From Eledone cirrhosa (lineage: Eukaryota): 64,000 bases of DNA. Below, one piece after another: positions 45,227 to 58,127 of the stretch (position 1 is its first letter; each line of letters begins with the position of its first letter). A program made the position numbers and the translations under genes. Under the pieces are notes generated by a model. The model was not told the origin of the DNA. It saw only the letters and a program-made list of their open reading frames with translations, and ran no database searches. The stretch spans positions 116,064,001-116,128,000 of the forward strand of contig OZ024741.1 of NCBI GenBank assembly GCA_964016885.1, in the 5' to 3' direction.

Positions 45227-47627
45227 TGGAAAGTATGGCGGGATGGGGGAAGTAGAGAGGACTATCAAGTGGCCAGGAGGGAAGCTAGGAGACAAGTGTA
45301 CTTAGCAAGAAGGGAAGCTGAGGAAAGAAAGTTCAAGCATGTTCTACAACGCGATGACCAAAAACGTGAGGTGTTCAGGATTGCTAGGCAATGCGTCAAG
45401 GAAAACCGTGATATTGTCGGGGAGAAGTGTGTACTAAACGACGATGGCACACTTGCCATCACCGACGCTGATAAGAAGGTAGCTTGGAAGTGTCACTATG
45501 AAAGGCTTCTAAATGAGGAGAATAATTGGGAGAAAGGCAGTCTCCCCCATATCGACCCAATAGAGGGACCAGCAGTGTTAGTCGAGGGGAGTATAATAAG
45601 TAAGGCAATCAAGGATATGAAGACTGGTAAGGCGGCTGGGCCTTCGGAAATAGTTGCTGAGATGCTGAAGGCATCTGGCACGGTGGGACACACCATGGTC
45701 ACCCGCATAGTTAACCAAGTCGTACAAAACGGGGTTGTTCCGAAGGACTGGCATAGCAGCATCATCGTTAACTGTTATAAGGGTAAAGGAGACGCCCTAG
45801 ATAGGAGTAACTATAGAGGCATTAAATTAATCGACCAGGTCATGAAGGTCACGGAAAGAGTAATAGCGCAGCTAATCAGAGAGAGAATTGACCTAGATGA
45901 AATGCAGTTCGGGTTTGTGTCAGGCAAAAGTACCACAGACGCTCTTTTCATAGTACGACAACTACAAGAGAAGTACCTAGCTAAAGGTAAACCCCTCTAC
46001 TTAGCTTTTGTCGACTTGGAGAAAGCCTTCGACAGAGTCCCCCGCTCCATTATCTGGTGGGCTCTTAGAAAACTAGGCGTTGACGAATGGCTTGTGAGGG
46101 CTATACAAGCCATGTATAAAGAAACAGTCAGCAAGGTTAGAATTAACAACGAATATAGTGAAGAGTTTAGCGTAAAAGTCGGCGTCCATCAGGGCTCTGT
46201 TCTCAGTCCACTACTATTTATTATTGCCCTTCAGGCCATAACAGAGGAGTTCAAGACAGGCTGCCCATGGGAACTCCTATACGCAGACGACCTGACACTC
46301 ATAGCGGAATCAATGGCCGAGCTAGAGAAGAAATTCCAAACATGGAAGCACGGCCTAGAGTCAAAAGGACTTAAAATTAACCTGGCTAAGACCAAAGTAC
46401 TAGTTTGTAGGAAAGAAAACAAGGCGGCGGTCCCTTCTGGGAAATGGTCGTGCTCGGTGTGTAGGAAAGGCGTAGGTAGAAACTCCATTTTATGTCCTAA
46501 ATGCAAAGTATGGGTGCATAAAAGATGTAGTGGGATCACAGGTAGGCTAACTAAGAACATAGATTTTACATGTGGCCGGTGCTCTGGTGCAATAAGTAGC
46601 AGCAAGTGCCCACAAACTACTAGCTCTTTCAATTGCGCAGAGGGTTCTATAGAAATAGTGGACAGCTTCCGTTACCTGGGCGATAAAATCAGCAGTGGGG
46701 GAGGGTGCTCTGAAAGTACTGTAGCTAGAGTCAGAACTGGTTGGAAAAAGTTCAGAGAGCTTATACCACTATTAGCTGCTAAAGGGTTCTCACTAAAAAT
46801 GAAAGGCAGGTTGTACGATGCCTGCATACGAACAGCAATGCTGCATGGCAGTGAGACCTGGGCATTGTGTGCAGAGGATATACGCAGACTAGAGAGGAAC
46901 GAAGCTTGCATGCTCCGCTGGATGTGTAACAGTAATATACGTGAACGGCAAAGCATAAACGAACTAAGGAATAAATTAGAGATAAGAGGGATCAGATGTT
47001 GTTTACTCGAGAGAAGGCTACGTTGGTATGGACACGTGATGCGCATGAAAGTCGATAGCTGTATAACAAAGTGCAGGGCAATAAAGATAGACGGTAGTCA
47101 CGGAATAGGCAGACCTAGAAAAACCTGGGACGAGCTGATAAACTCCGACATCACACACTTACACCTCTCCAAGACAATGTCACTGGACCGAGACCTTTGG
47201 CGGTACTCAGTAACAGAGAAGACCCGCCTTACCTAAATATATAGTAAAACCTACTCCAGCCAGTAGGCATCTCTAACAAATACACCCCGTCCCACCACCC
47301 CCACCCGATCCACACCACCCCGTTCTATGTAAAGTTATGTTGGTGCCGCGCCATCGAGGCCGAAACAAATGAGATCGTGTAGGTGTCACGACAAAAAAAC
47401 ACACAGTCCACGCTGTAATGTGGCCGTGTAGGCAACACGGTAAAAACCTCCCAGACCCACACTGTAAATGTGGTTGGTGTTAGGAAGGGCATCCAACTGT
47501 AGAAAACCTGCCAGACAGTCCTATGCGAGCAAGACAATCACTCTTGCCTCAAGTGGGACTACCCCCGTCCAAACCCATGCAAGCGTGGAACACGGACGTT
47601 AAACGCTGATGATGATGATGATGATGA
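45227..47627 (+). mobile_element. 5'-truncated RTE LINE with open RT frame (45269-47236) and PHD-like insert
   Basis: FVDLEKAFD, HQGSVLSP, LLYADD, CSVC...CPKC..VHKRC...CGRC, WYGHVMRM, GRPRKTW; (GAT)n tail. Confidence 0.95.
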
Positions 47628-47646
47628 TATATAAATATATACATAC

Positions 47647-47705
<59 letters not shown>

Positions 47706-47706
47706 T

Positions 47707-47739
<33 letters not shown>

Positions 47740-47752
47740 AATATATACATAC

Positions 47753-47785
<33 letters not shown>

Positions 47786-47798
47786 AATATATACATAC

Positions 47799-47833
<35 letters not shown>

Positions 47834-47842
47834 AATATATAC

Positions 47843-47875
<33 letters not shown>

Positions 47876-47884
47876 AATATATAC

Positions 47885-47915
<31 letters not shown>

Positions 47916-47924
47916 AATATATAC

Positions 47925-47972
<48 letters not shown>

Positions 47973-48242
47973 GAACTAGCTGTTGAAACGGCAAGAGCTC
48001 AGCTGTTGGGGTCCTGACTCTTTCATACATATATATACATATATATATGTATACATATATATATATACACATATATATATGTATACACATATATATATAT
48101 ACACATATATATATATATACACATATATATATACACACACACATATATATATACACATATATATATATATACACATATATATATACACACACATATATAT
48201 ATACACACACATATATATATATATATATACACATAAATATAG

Positions 48243-48492
48243 CGAAGGCGCATGGCTTAGTGGTTAGAGCATTGGACTTGCAATCGAAAGGTTGTGAGTT
48301 CAATTCTCGGACCGGGTGATGTGTTGTTTCCTTGAGCAAGACACTTTATTTCACGTTGCTCCAGTTTACTCAGCTGTAGAAATGAGATGAAGAGGTACCA
48401 GTGGGATGGCGTTATCCTATGGCTAAAATAGCATGACGTGCTGTGACCAGCGGCGCCAAATAGACGCCCGACAGACTGGTTGGTCAAGGTGA
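48243..48492 (+). mobile_element. tRNA-derived SINE (CORE-like)
   Basis: tRNA-like head followed by ccttgagcaagacactttatttcacgttgctccag. Relatives at 27455-27645(-), 50611-50925(+), 53093-53290(+), 56630-56790(+). Confidence 0.78.
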
Positions 48493-48707
48493 TATATATA
48501 TATATATGTGTACATATAAATACATATACATGTATGTGTGTGTGTGTGTGCTTATGTGCATGCTCGTCAAACAGCAGTGTTAACAATGTGTGGAAGCGTG
48601 CACATGCAAACATAACTTTAAACATTTAGTGTTTTGCAAAGAGATAAAGAAGGCTTTTGAATAATACAGTTATAAAGTATAAGAGCAGGATTGAATGAAA
48701 GCTGTAA

Positions 48708-48740
<33 letters not shown>

Positions 48741-49299
48741 ATATATATAATATCATATTAGGTATGAATCGAAGTTTTGTTGTGTTTACTCTGGACAGTA
48801 ATGTATTAACATACTTATCTATTGAGTGATTTGTGATTGCCTCAAACAACTTGATTAGTACCTACTTTATGGCAGCTACAACTTCGCTTCATACCTAATA
48901 TAATATATATATATATAATATATAGTAATAATAATAAATTTGAAGACTAAAATCTGTTATTTTAATAAATATATATATATATATAATATATATATATATA
49001 TTCATTTAGTTATGTTATTCCTGATATAGTACACAAGAGATTTCTGTGTTCAGGGATTTTTTTTTTTTTTTTTTACCAAATACTTCTAGAAATTTGAAGT
49101 AGTACTTGCCAGACAAGGGAGTTGATCAGTGATTGTGTGTTGATACTAAAGCAATTACATCGTGGAAGAGACATTTCAAACCATTGAATACACACATAAA
49201 AACTCTTAAATTTAGCATTTATTTTTTGGTGCTAAAATTTTCATTGCACTTTTTGCAACCTGGTTACTGTCTCAGTTTCGTGGCAGTTTTCTTCTTTGC

Positions 49300-49712
49300 C
49301 CAATGTTTCTTGGGAGGATAGTGTTGGCAGACTCATTAGGTACGCCTTCTAGCATGTCCTGTCAGAAGCAACTATCTCTGAATAGACAGCCTGAATTCCC
49401 AAGTGAAACTAACCGAGCTCATGGATGGTATCTTGCTCAGGGTCTATCCCTGGGTCTCTTGCCGGTTGGCTTTGCCCACAAAATCTGTCCAACAATTCTT
49501 TCCTGACATTCTAACTACATATCCATAGTATTGAAGTTGTGATCTTTCAATGTGGAGGAATAGCAGCTCCACCTGGAGTGACTCTCTGGTCTCTGAACTA
49601 CACAGCCAATCAACTAATGTGACCCTTTGGAAGAACCTGATTTTGGTTGCTTGTATTCAAGATCATATTCTTTCAGTCATTACCTAAGATTCATGACCAT
49701 AAGTATGGGTGA
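49300..49712 (-). mobile_element. Decayed RTE-group 3' fragment
   Basis: Minus-strand remnants of TYGHES.VM and LHIERSQLQYYGYVVRM motifs. Confidence 0.55.
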
Positions 49713-50031
49713 ACACAATTTTAACACCGAGAAATAAATGTTATACATAAAGTGAATCTAACAGTCATTGTGTGTTTTTGAATGGTTGAAATTACTTTTT
49801 CATAATGTATTTACTTCTAGAAATATTTTACATTTAATTGGTAAATAACTGGTAATTAGTTATTTTATTCGCAATTACTGGTACACTGGTGCATTCACAG
49901 ACAAATTGCTTCATCTAAGCCAGATGGAACAGGATATATATTTAAAATAAACAGCCATGGCAGCAGGAGCAATAGAAGCGAGGATGTGTATTGGTTTGTT
50001 TGTTTTTTTCTGCTCCCTAGAAATCCCTCAC

Positions 50032-50133
50032 CTTATTATTTAGTTTCCTGGGCTTCTCTGGACCCAGGCAGCACCCCCAATATTGCAGAGAACAAATGAA
50101 ACCAAGGTTTGAGATACATTGAGACAGCTTGAC
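50032..50133 (-). CDS. Candidate (possibly alternative) host exon, 102 nt, phase 0-0
   Basis: ctttttatttcag|VKLSQCISNLGFICSLQYWGCCLGPEKPRKLNNK|gtgagg; open and phase-compatible with its neighbours. Confidence 0.45.
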
Positions 50134-51881
50134 CTGAAATAAAAAGTGTTTAACCACAGGTATGATCCATCACTGTGTAACTGATCATCAAGGAAGTTTT
50201 AGAGGAGGTGGAACACAGCTTTCAAAAAATAAGTATATCTATGATTGGAACTACAGTGGGAAGGGAGACACAGGATCAAATGTATCATCTTTTATATAGT
50301 ATAGATTGGAATATAGAAAATATAAATTGAAATATGGCAACTTTATATAGTCAATGCAGGTTGAAATATAGTGTCTATATAGAAAATACAGGTTGAAATA
50401 TAGCACCTTTAAATAGAAAATACAGGTTGGAATCAGCACCAGATTTACACTTTAAGAAGCCCAGGGCAGTCGCCCTCTCCTCCCTCATATAAATCCAGCT
50501 CTAGTTGGGATATAACATCTTTATAGAAAATACAGAATGGTATATAGCATCTTTATATAGGTAGTAATATAATATGAAATCTTTATATAGAAAATACATA
50601 ATGGAATCAGTGAAGATGTGTGGCTTAGTGATTAGGGTGTTCAGCTCATGATTGTAAGGTCATAGGTTTGATTTCCAGTGGTGCGCTGTGTCCTGGAGCA
50701 AGATACTATATTTCTTGTTGCTCCAGCCAATTCAGCTGGCAAAAATGAGTTACACCTGTTATTCAAAGAGCCAGTATTGCCACATACTGTGCCATGCTAA
50801 ATCGCTCTGAGGACTACATTAAAGATACACATATCTGTGGAATGCTCAGCCACTTACATGTTAATTTCATGAGCATGTTGTTCAAATGATTGGAACATGT
50901 TGTTGGAAGCGATGGAGGTCCAACACATACACACACACACAAACATGTTGGAATAAAGTAACTTGGATTTCTAACTCCTAAAGGAAAGTAGTATACAAGA
51001 TGTATCAGTTTAGTATAATACAGGGGGAACCAGAAACCACACACCATAGAGATCTAGAAATTTAAGAGATCAGTGATTAAGTAAAACTAAAAACAATAAA
51101 ATATAAAATTTCTTTATCCTTATTGTAAGCAAATTCTGGTTCACCCTATAAAAAAAGATTGATCAATCGTTTGTTCATTACATTTTGAACCGCTGTCGTT
51201 TTTACATTTAAAAAGAGAGTAATAGCCCTGAAATATTATGTTGAAATATACTGGGTAAAACATTAATTTGTTTTGTTTTATTTGTCATCCTTTGTCCTTT
51301 ACATATTTCAACCACATTGTACCAGCTTTCTGAAACTTATCAGTCATTTATTTCATATCTTACAATGATTCATATTAACTGTACTACTTTATTTACATAT
51401 ACATATGCATTTATACATACATGTACACACTCACATATACAAACATGTTATGCGTGTACTAAATTTGTATACATATGCATACACACATGCAGACACACAC
51501 TCAAAGATGGTATATAATTAATGAAGAATTTTGAGTGATTTGCTGAAATCATTAATTATTTCATTACTAAAATAGTAATTTAGCATATAGTTCTTATATA
51601 AAATTGTGATGGAAGATTAATTAGGAATATTTTTAAAATGGGAGGTTTTGTTTCATAGAAGCAGAGTTGGTTTTGGGCAGGGTGGTATTGAATGGATTAA
51701 AACTGGTATTGTGTTTTCTAGTATATCAAAGTTGTTTCTTTTGTATAAAATGTTGGTCGAACTGGAAAGGGGTGTGAGAGAAAGAGTGGTGGAAGAAATT
51801 TCAGTCATTTGTTAAATTCAATTGTTTTATTTTGCCGTGTTGTATATATATACTGTATATAATTAAGTACTGTATCCATTA

Positions 51882-51919
<38 letters not shown>

Positions 51920-51990
51920 CATACATACATATATATATATATACATATATATATATGTATGTGTGTGTGTATGTATGTGTGTGTGGATGT

Positions 51991-52104
51991 ATCATCATCA
52001 TCATCATCGTTTTACGTCCGTTCTTCCACGTTAGCATGGGTTAGACGGGTTGTCCTGTTGTGGGCAGTGTCCAGTCGACTGACCTTGTTTTACTCATACA
52101 GGAA

Positions 52105-52108
<4 letters not shown>
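51991..52108 (-). mobile_element. RTE 3'-terminal fragment
   Basis: Matches 61446-61563 with (CAT)n tail. Confidence 0.8.
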
Positions 52109-52136
<28 letters not shown>

Positions 52137-52139
<3 letters not shown>

Positions 52140-52613
52140 TTTCTGAATTTGTTTAGCAAGATTCTTTATCTGAAAAACATGTGTTGAAACCGATATTGTT
52201 ATACTTTGGGAGGGTCATGTTGCCAATAAGAAACACACGCACCAGTTACTTTCACTTCAATTTATTATAAATTTCCGGTTGGTTGGTTCCACAACCGGAT
52301 GGTTGTTCATATATTGTCAAAGTTCTTTCATCACACATTCTGTGACCTCTTCAGTGACTTTGTTTTGTGCCTCTCCTTTGTTCTGTCCTACGCCATCTTG
52401 GCGTAGGACAGAACAAAGGAGAGGCACAAAACAAAGAAAAGAATCCCCAGTCACTGAAGAGGTCACAGAATGTGTGACGAAAGAACTTTGACAATATATG
52501 AACAACCATCCGGTTGTGGAACCAACCAACTGGAAATTTATAATAAATTGAAGTGAAAGCAACTGGTGCGTGTGTTTCTTATTGGCAACATGACCTTCCC
52601 AAAGTATAACAAT
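52137..52613. mobile_element. Fold-back non-autonomous Penelope-type element; HHRs 52316-52358 (-) and 52450-52492 (+)
   Basis: ~200-bp arms with a 3-nt loop at 52396-52398; gtca-CTGAAGA-g-gtcaca/tgtgac-GAAA-gaac-TT-tgac; termini homologous to 18722-18810 and 20955-20986. Confidence 0.82.
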
Positions 52614-52668
52614 ATATATATATATATATATATACATACATACATACATGTATATATGTGTGTAAGTA

Positions 52669-52700
<32 letters not shown>

Positions 52701-53724
52701 CATATGTGTGTATGTATGTATGTATATATATAATAAATAACATTTAAAATATCATATTTATCTTTAATACTTAGAAGTTGTTTCTAATTTAACTGTAGAA
52801 TGGGATCAGTTAATTAATACTCATTTACTGGTTTCAGTCTAAGGCCACACTGGGGCATCACATTCAAAAGTTTTTTAATCAATTATATCAAATAGCTTAG
52901 TTTTATGTCAACCCTTGTGGTTAATAAATAAAGAAACCATTATTATTATTCGATATAAAACCCATAATTACATATTTAATTCTTTATTCTTATTTTTATT
53001 TGGCTGTGAATATCAATGTCTTTCATTGTGTTTCTGTGATGTATTCACAAAGTTTTGACATATTCTTAACACATGCATTATATGGGGGGGGGGGTGCAGC
53101 ATACCCAAATAGTTAAGAAGTTTGATTCACAAATCTCGGTTGTGAGTTCAATTCCCAGACCGAGCAATGTGTTATGTCCTTGAGCAAAACTTTTTATTTT
53201 ACGTTGTTCTTTCTGCCAATAGATGGTACCAGCAATGGAAAGACTAATGGGAACATTGTTTCCTTGGTCTATTTTAACAAGCTCCACCTCAGTCAGTAAG
53301 CGAATGAGATCTGGGATCTTGTCAATCTACCTCCTCCTCAATCCTAGGCTTTTCTATCATTATTTAATAATTATATTGGACAATGAAGAGAATGTATCTT
53401 GAACCCTGACCAGTTGTGTAGCAAGTGCTCTCAGTATCTGGGGATGAAAACACTTTTGGTGGTCCCCACCTTAATTTACAGGTATGATAGACCAGAAGAA
53501 ATATTGCAAGGAAATCTTGTGCTGTTTCACACCTGTATCTGGGGGGTGCAAGGGGAGGTGACAGCTCCTCCTCACACACACCTTGCTATGCCCCTAACCA
53601 TCACTTTACCTGACGAAAATAGAACCAGACAAAACAAAAACAATGCACAACAAAAAAGGTAGGTGAATTATGATTGATGTTAGTGTGGATGAGGAGAGAG
53701 CTGAAGGTAACTAAGAGATAAAAT

Positions 53725-54045
53725 ATTGCTGTCTTTGGTAAACATGTTTGGTATATGGCTGTCTTTGGTAAACATGTCACTGTCTTTACTAAAGATGTTG
53801 CCATCTTTATTAAAGATGTCACCATCTTTACTAAAGACATTGCCGTCTTTAGTTAAGATGTTGCCATCTTTAGTTACGCTGTCACAGACTTTATTAAAGA
53901 TATCCCCGTCTTTGGTAAACATGTTGCTATCTAACTAGAGATGTCACCATCTTTACTAAACACATTACCATCTTTATTAACGATGTCACAGTCTTTAAAG
54001 ATTTTGCTGTCTTTAGTATAGAAGGCCAACATCTTTAGTAAAGAC
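53725..54045. repeat. 21-bp minisatellite (atctttactaaagatgttgcc-like)
   Basis: ~14 degenerate copies; 7-aa periodicity in ORFs on both strands. Confidence 0.85.
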
Positions 54046-54442
54046 AAGTCAATGTAGAGACAGAGGGCTTGTTGTGGAGCAGATCATAGCAAGTTAATGA
54101 TGAATGTTCATTATACTGATTGATTTTTTTCATAACAATGAAACCACAATTCTTTTTCTAGAAAAAGAGAAGTTGTGAGCTGTGGTGATTTTCATGCCAT
54201 TCCCAAGAGTTTGCAGAATTTTTTGTGTAATCAAAACAAAGTGGTTCCAACTAAAAACAGCAAACTTTATATTATTTACCCCCCCCCCACCCCCCACCCC
54301 TCGCAAGGATGAAATACAAAGTTGTCTTTGGCAGCATTTGAACTCAAAACGTAGAAAGTCAAAACTAAATACCACAAAGCATTTGGTGGTATAAATTGAT
54401 AACATTACACAACCTATAAATAAGATCATAACAGGGTGTAAG

Positions 54443-54485
<43 letters not shown>

Positions 54486-54564
54486 GAACATAGCATCACA
54501 GGGAAGGGTAGGGTAGCTATCAGGGTGGAGAGAGAGAGAAAAAAATTGCAAAACATATGCTTAC

Positions 54565-54798
54565 CACAGTTGGAGAGCAAAGAGAAGGGGTTTTGGGATC
54601 TTGTTGTTGGTCTGTAATCCCAGGTGCTGCAGCCGGGGAAGTTTGGCTGTGAGAAGGGGAAGATGTTGAGGTGGTTGTGCGGGTAGCAGTACCCACACCA
54701 CTGACAGTTACCTCAGTGGGAGAATATTTCAGGAGTGGGGAGGGACCATGAAAGAAGCCACCTTGATGGTTAGGTCCGATGTAGACATCCAGCTCATT
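54565..54798 (-). CDS. Host gene exon (234 nt, phase 0-0), Ser/Thr/Pro-rich
   Basis: Long pyrimidine tract...cag|NELDVYIGPNHQGGFF...TPSLCSPTV|gtaagc; GC-rich relative to flanks. Confidence 0.72.
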
Positions 54799-55018
54799 CT
54801 GCCGTGGACCACCATGGATGTTCACCAACAGAAGAAGCAGGAAAAAAATAAAAAACGAGAAGAAAAAAACAAAAAAAAGCAGAACACATGACATATGTAT
54901 TTGTTAGATTATGGTCAGAATAAACCTCAAGACTAAAGCATGAAAAACAAGCAACATTCATGATGTTTGTTTACTAATCATATTCAAATATAATATTGAA
55001 TTATGTTTTCATCTTTAA

Positions 55019-55199
55019 CCCTTCATAACAAACAGCCCCTGGTTCTAGGATACAAAAACTGTTTGCTTCAAAATGTTTATATTTATCTAAAAATCTTCTA
55101 TCATACTTTTATGTAAGAACCTTTGTTAAATTATGCTCCAAACACCAGCTTAAATCATTTGAAAATCAGAAGCAGTGTCTTTCATTAAAAATGAAAGGG
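55019..55199. mobile_element. piggyBac-like MITE
   Basis: TTAA|CCCTTCAT...ATGAAAGGG|TTAA; related fragments at ~26120-26370. Confidence 0.6.
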
Positions 55200-55234
55200 T
55201 TAAATAAAACAATCACCTATCACCAACCCACATA

Positions 55235-55685
55235 GAACACAGATGTGAATAAAGAGGGACTTCCTACAGAAACGACTCAGTTTGTGACATAGACGTGAAC
55301 TAACAAGAGACATTTTTTTAAGGGTTACCCTGTGTGTGACACAGGAGTGAACTAATGAGGAACTTCCTATAGGAGTTATTCAATCTGTAACAGATGAATT
55401 AACAAAGGATTGCTATAGGAATTACTCAGGATATGACACAGAAGTGGACTAATGAGGGATTTCTTATAGGGGCTACTCCATCTGTAACACAGGTGAACTA
55501 ATGAAGGACTTCCTTTAAGGGTTACTAAGTCTGCAACACAAAGGTGAATTAATAAAGGAGTCCCTATAAAAGTTACACAATCTGCAACACAAGTGAATTA
55601 ATGAGGGGCTTTCTCTAAAGGTTACATAGTCTGTAACACAGGTGAATTAATAAAGAACTTCCTATAAAGGCTACTCAGTGTGCAA
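55235..55685. repeat. ~49-bp minisatellite
   Basis: ~9 degenerate copies of acacaggtgaattaatgaaggacttcctataggggttactcagtctgta. Confidence 0.8.
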
Positions 55686-56240
55686 AAATAACAAAACACC
55701 TGCTGTTTTTTCTTTCAAAATAGTGAATGTTGACATTTGTTGGGACATTGACCAGTTTTGTATTACAGTAAACCTTCCAACCAAAACCAACATGTAAGGA
55801 AACAACTTTAATGTTTTAAGTCCTTAATAGTTTTAATACCAACCCGCTTGAAACTAACTCTGGTTGTATGATACAAAACTATTCTTTTTAAAGTATTCAT
55901 ATTTATAGTAAAAGCTTCTATCATAATTTTTTTACAGATTTTTTTTGTTTCAAACAGCAGCATACTAATGTAAGTATTTTTTTTATTAAATTTCTCTAAA
56001 TGTTTTATAATTTTCAAAATTTGAAGCAGTATATTTTATTAGAAATATGGTAACAAAAGGTCTAATTGGTGAAATAACTGCAGCTAGATATACTGATAGG
56101 CACTTCATTTAACACTTAACATCCTGTTATGATTTAGCAGATGTTTAAAAACAGGTTTGTAAATTTAAATGTTTATTGTATCCTTACTAGTGGACAGATC
56201 AATGTAAAAAAATTGCATTAAACTAAATAAATGACTTTAA

Positions 56241-56470
56241 CCCTTTAGTATTTACATTACTCTATATTTACTATTATATCTTCATGGTAATGCTTTTACC
56301 TCACATAATTATCTCTCATAATATCTCACATAATATCAAATCTATGAAATTTTGATATTATTTATTTTGAGAACAATACCTTAACATCAGTATGAGCGGC
56401 CAGTTACAGCCAGTTTGAGCAGGAGGTGAGAGAATTCTGGCCGGATACAGCCAGTTTAAATGCTAAAGGG
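56241..56470. mobile_element. piggyBac-like MITE; second copy 31255-31583 interrupted by a SINE
   Basis: TTAA|CCCTTTAGTATTTA...TAAATGCTAAAGGG|TTAA. Confidence 0.75.
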
Positions 56471-56959
56471 TTAATTTTTTCATGTGATGCAGTCATAGTG
56501 CTGTTTTGTATTTTTCAAGAATGTCTTACTAATGTTGTTTCATCCAGTACAGGATATTAAAAGTTAAGCACCATCTCCTCTAAATCAACCCTGCTTAGTG
56601 TTAACCACTACTACTTGATAATGACCAAATGGTTAGAGTGTCAATCTCATAATCATAAGGTCAAGGGTTTGATTCCTGGACCAGGCAGCACACTGTGTCC
56701 TTGAACAAGGTACTTCCATTTCACATTGCTTTAATCTACTCAGCTGAAAATTAGTTTCAGCGATGGCTGGGGGTTAACCTTAAGGTGGAATAAGTTCTGG
56801 TCTGATGAGGCTCTAAACTCAATACAGATTTTAATGAAGTTTTTTCAAACTTAAGAACAACAATAACAGTAGCAGTAGCAACAGTCAGAAAATTTCTACA
56901 TAGTTACTCATCCTATTTAACTCTTAACACCCTGGAATTTGGAAAATTCCACATCATGA

Positions 56960-57297
56960 GACTTATGACTGGCAAGCAGCTCAGCAGCTGTATCTGTATC
57001 AGTGAGCTGTTCAACATTACCAAACTTAAACCAATTACATCAATTGTCAAGTCAAGAGTACTCAAACTATATGGCCATATAAAAAGATCAACTCGTGGTG
57101 TGAGTAGGTTATGCCTGGAAGAAAGGTTGGCTGGTAAGAGAAGCAGAGGCCGGCAACTAAAACAATGGGTTGACAATGTCAACTTATGAACTGGACTTGA
57201 TCTTTGAACTCTGCTGCTGGTGATCGAATTTTGTGGAGAGATATATCACATGTTAATGCGCAGTCTGCAACTGGCAGAGTTTAACGTCACAAGAAGA
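56960..57297 (+). mobile_element. Decayed LINE 3' fragment
   Basis: RVLKLYGHIKR...GKRSRGRQLKQWVDNV motif. Confidence 0.65.
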
Positions 57298-58127
57298 ATC
57301 CTGGAGTGATTTATTTAGAAAATATTGTTAACATTTCAAATGGTTGTAGTATCTTTATTAGTAGACAGACCATTATGAAAACCTGCAGTATTAAAGTAAA
57401 AACTTCAATTTTTAATATGATGTAGGCATAATGATGTTTTGTACTTTCAAGAATATCTTGTTAATATGGTTTCACGTAGTACAGGACATTAACACTTAAT
57501 ATAACACCAAAATGTTCCCTAACAAATTTCCAGCCAATGGTGATCATGTGTTTAAGGATATTCTTGACCATTTTATTTTTTTTGTGTTTTGTTTTGTTTT
57601 GCTTTTTCTTTCAAAATACTATTGGTGTATCAATTATCAGTTTTGAAAATCAGTTTAATTTGAAGAAAATAAAACAGTTTTTCAATATCAGAAGTTATTA
57701 AAAAAAATTAAAAACAAATATAATATAAAAATAAAAACAAAACAGTACACACAGACACACACATACGCATAGACACACACAGAAACACACTCACATATAC
57801 AGATACACACAGGGACACATTCACACATTATATGTATTTAATAGGTTCCTTTTAAGCTAACAGGTGAGTACAGTTAGTCAAACAAGCCTAGCTGTCAGAG
57901 TTTTAATTACTATATACATAACTGAGATATACACATGTTTAACAAAAGGAGATGACAAAGGAATGCAATGAGGTGGAGGAAGCTGTACTGGGAAAGAACC
58001 AGACAACCCATGCAAGCATGGAAAAATAGATGTAAAAAGGATGATGATATATATACATGCACAATATTGAGTGTGTGTGCATGTATATGTGTATATATAT
58101 GTATATTATATATATATATATATACAC

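Noticed and set aside
48251-48316. tRNA-like sequence with A and B boxes
   Set aside because: Continues into a CORE-like SINE body and lacks a proper acceptor stem; it is a SINE head.
53601-53938. 7-aa-repeat ORFs (TKDGDIF...)
   Set aside because: By-product of a 21-bp minisatellite, open on both strands, without convincing splice sites.
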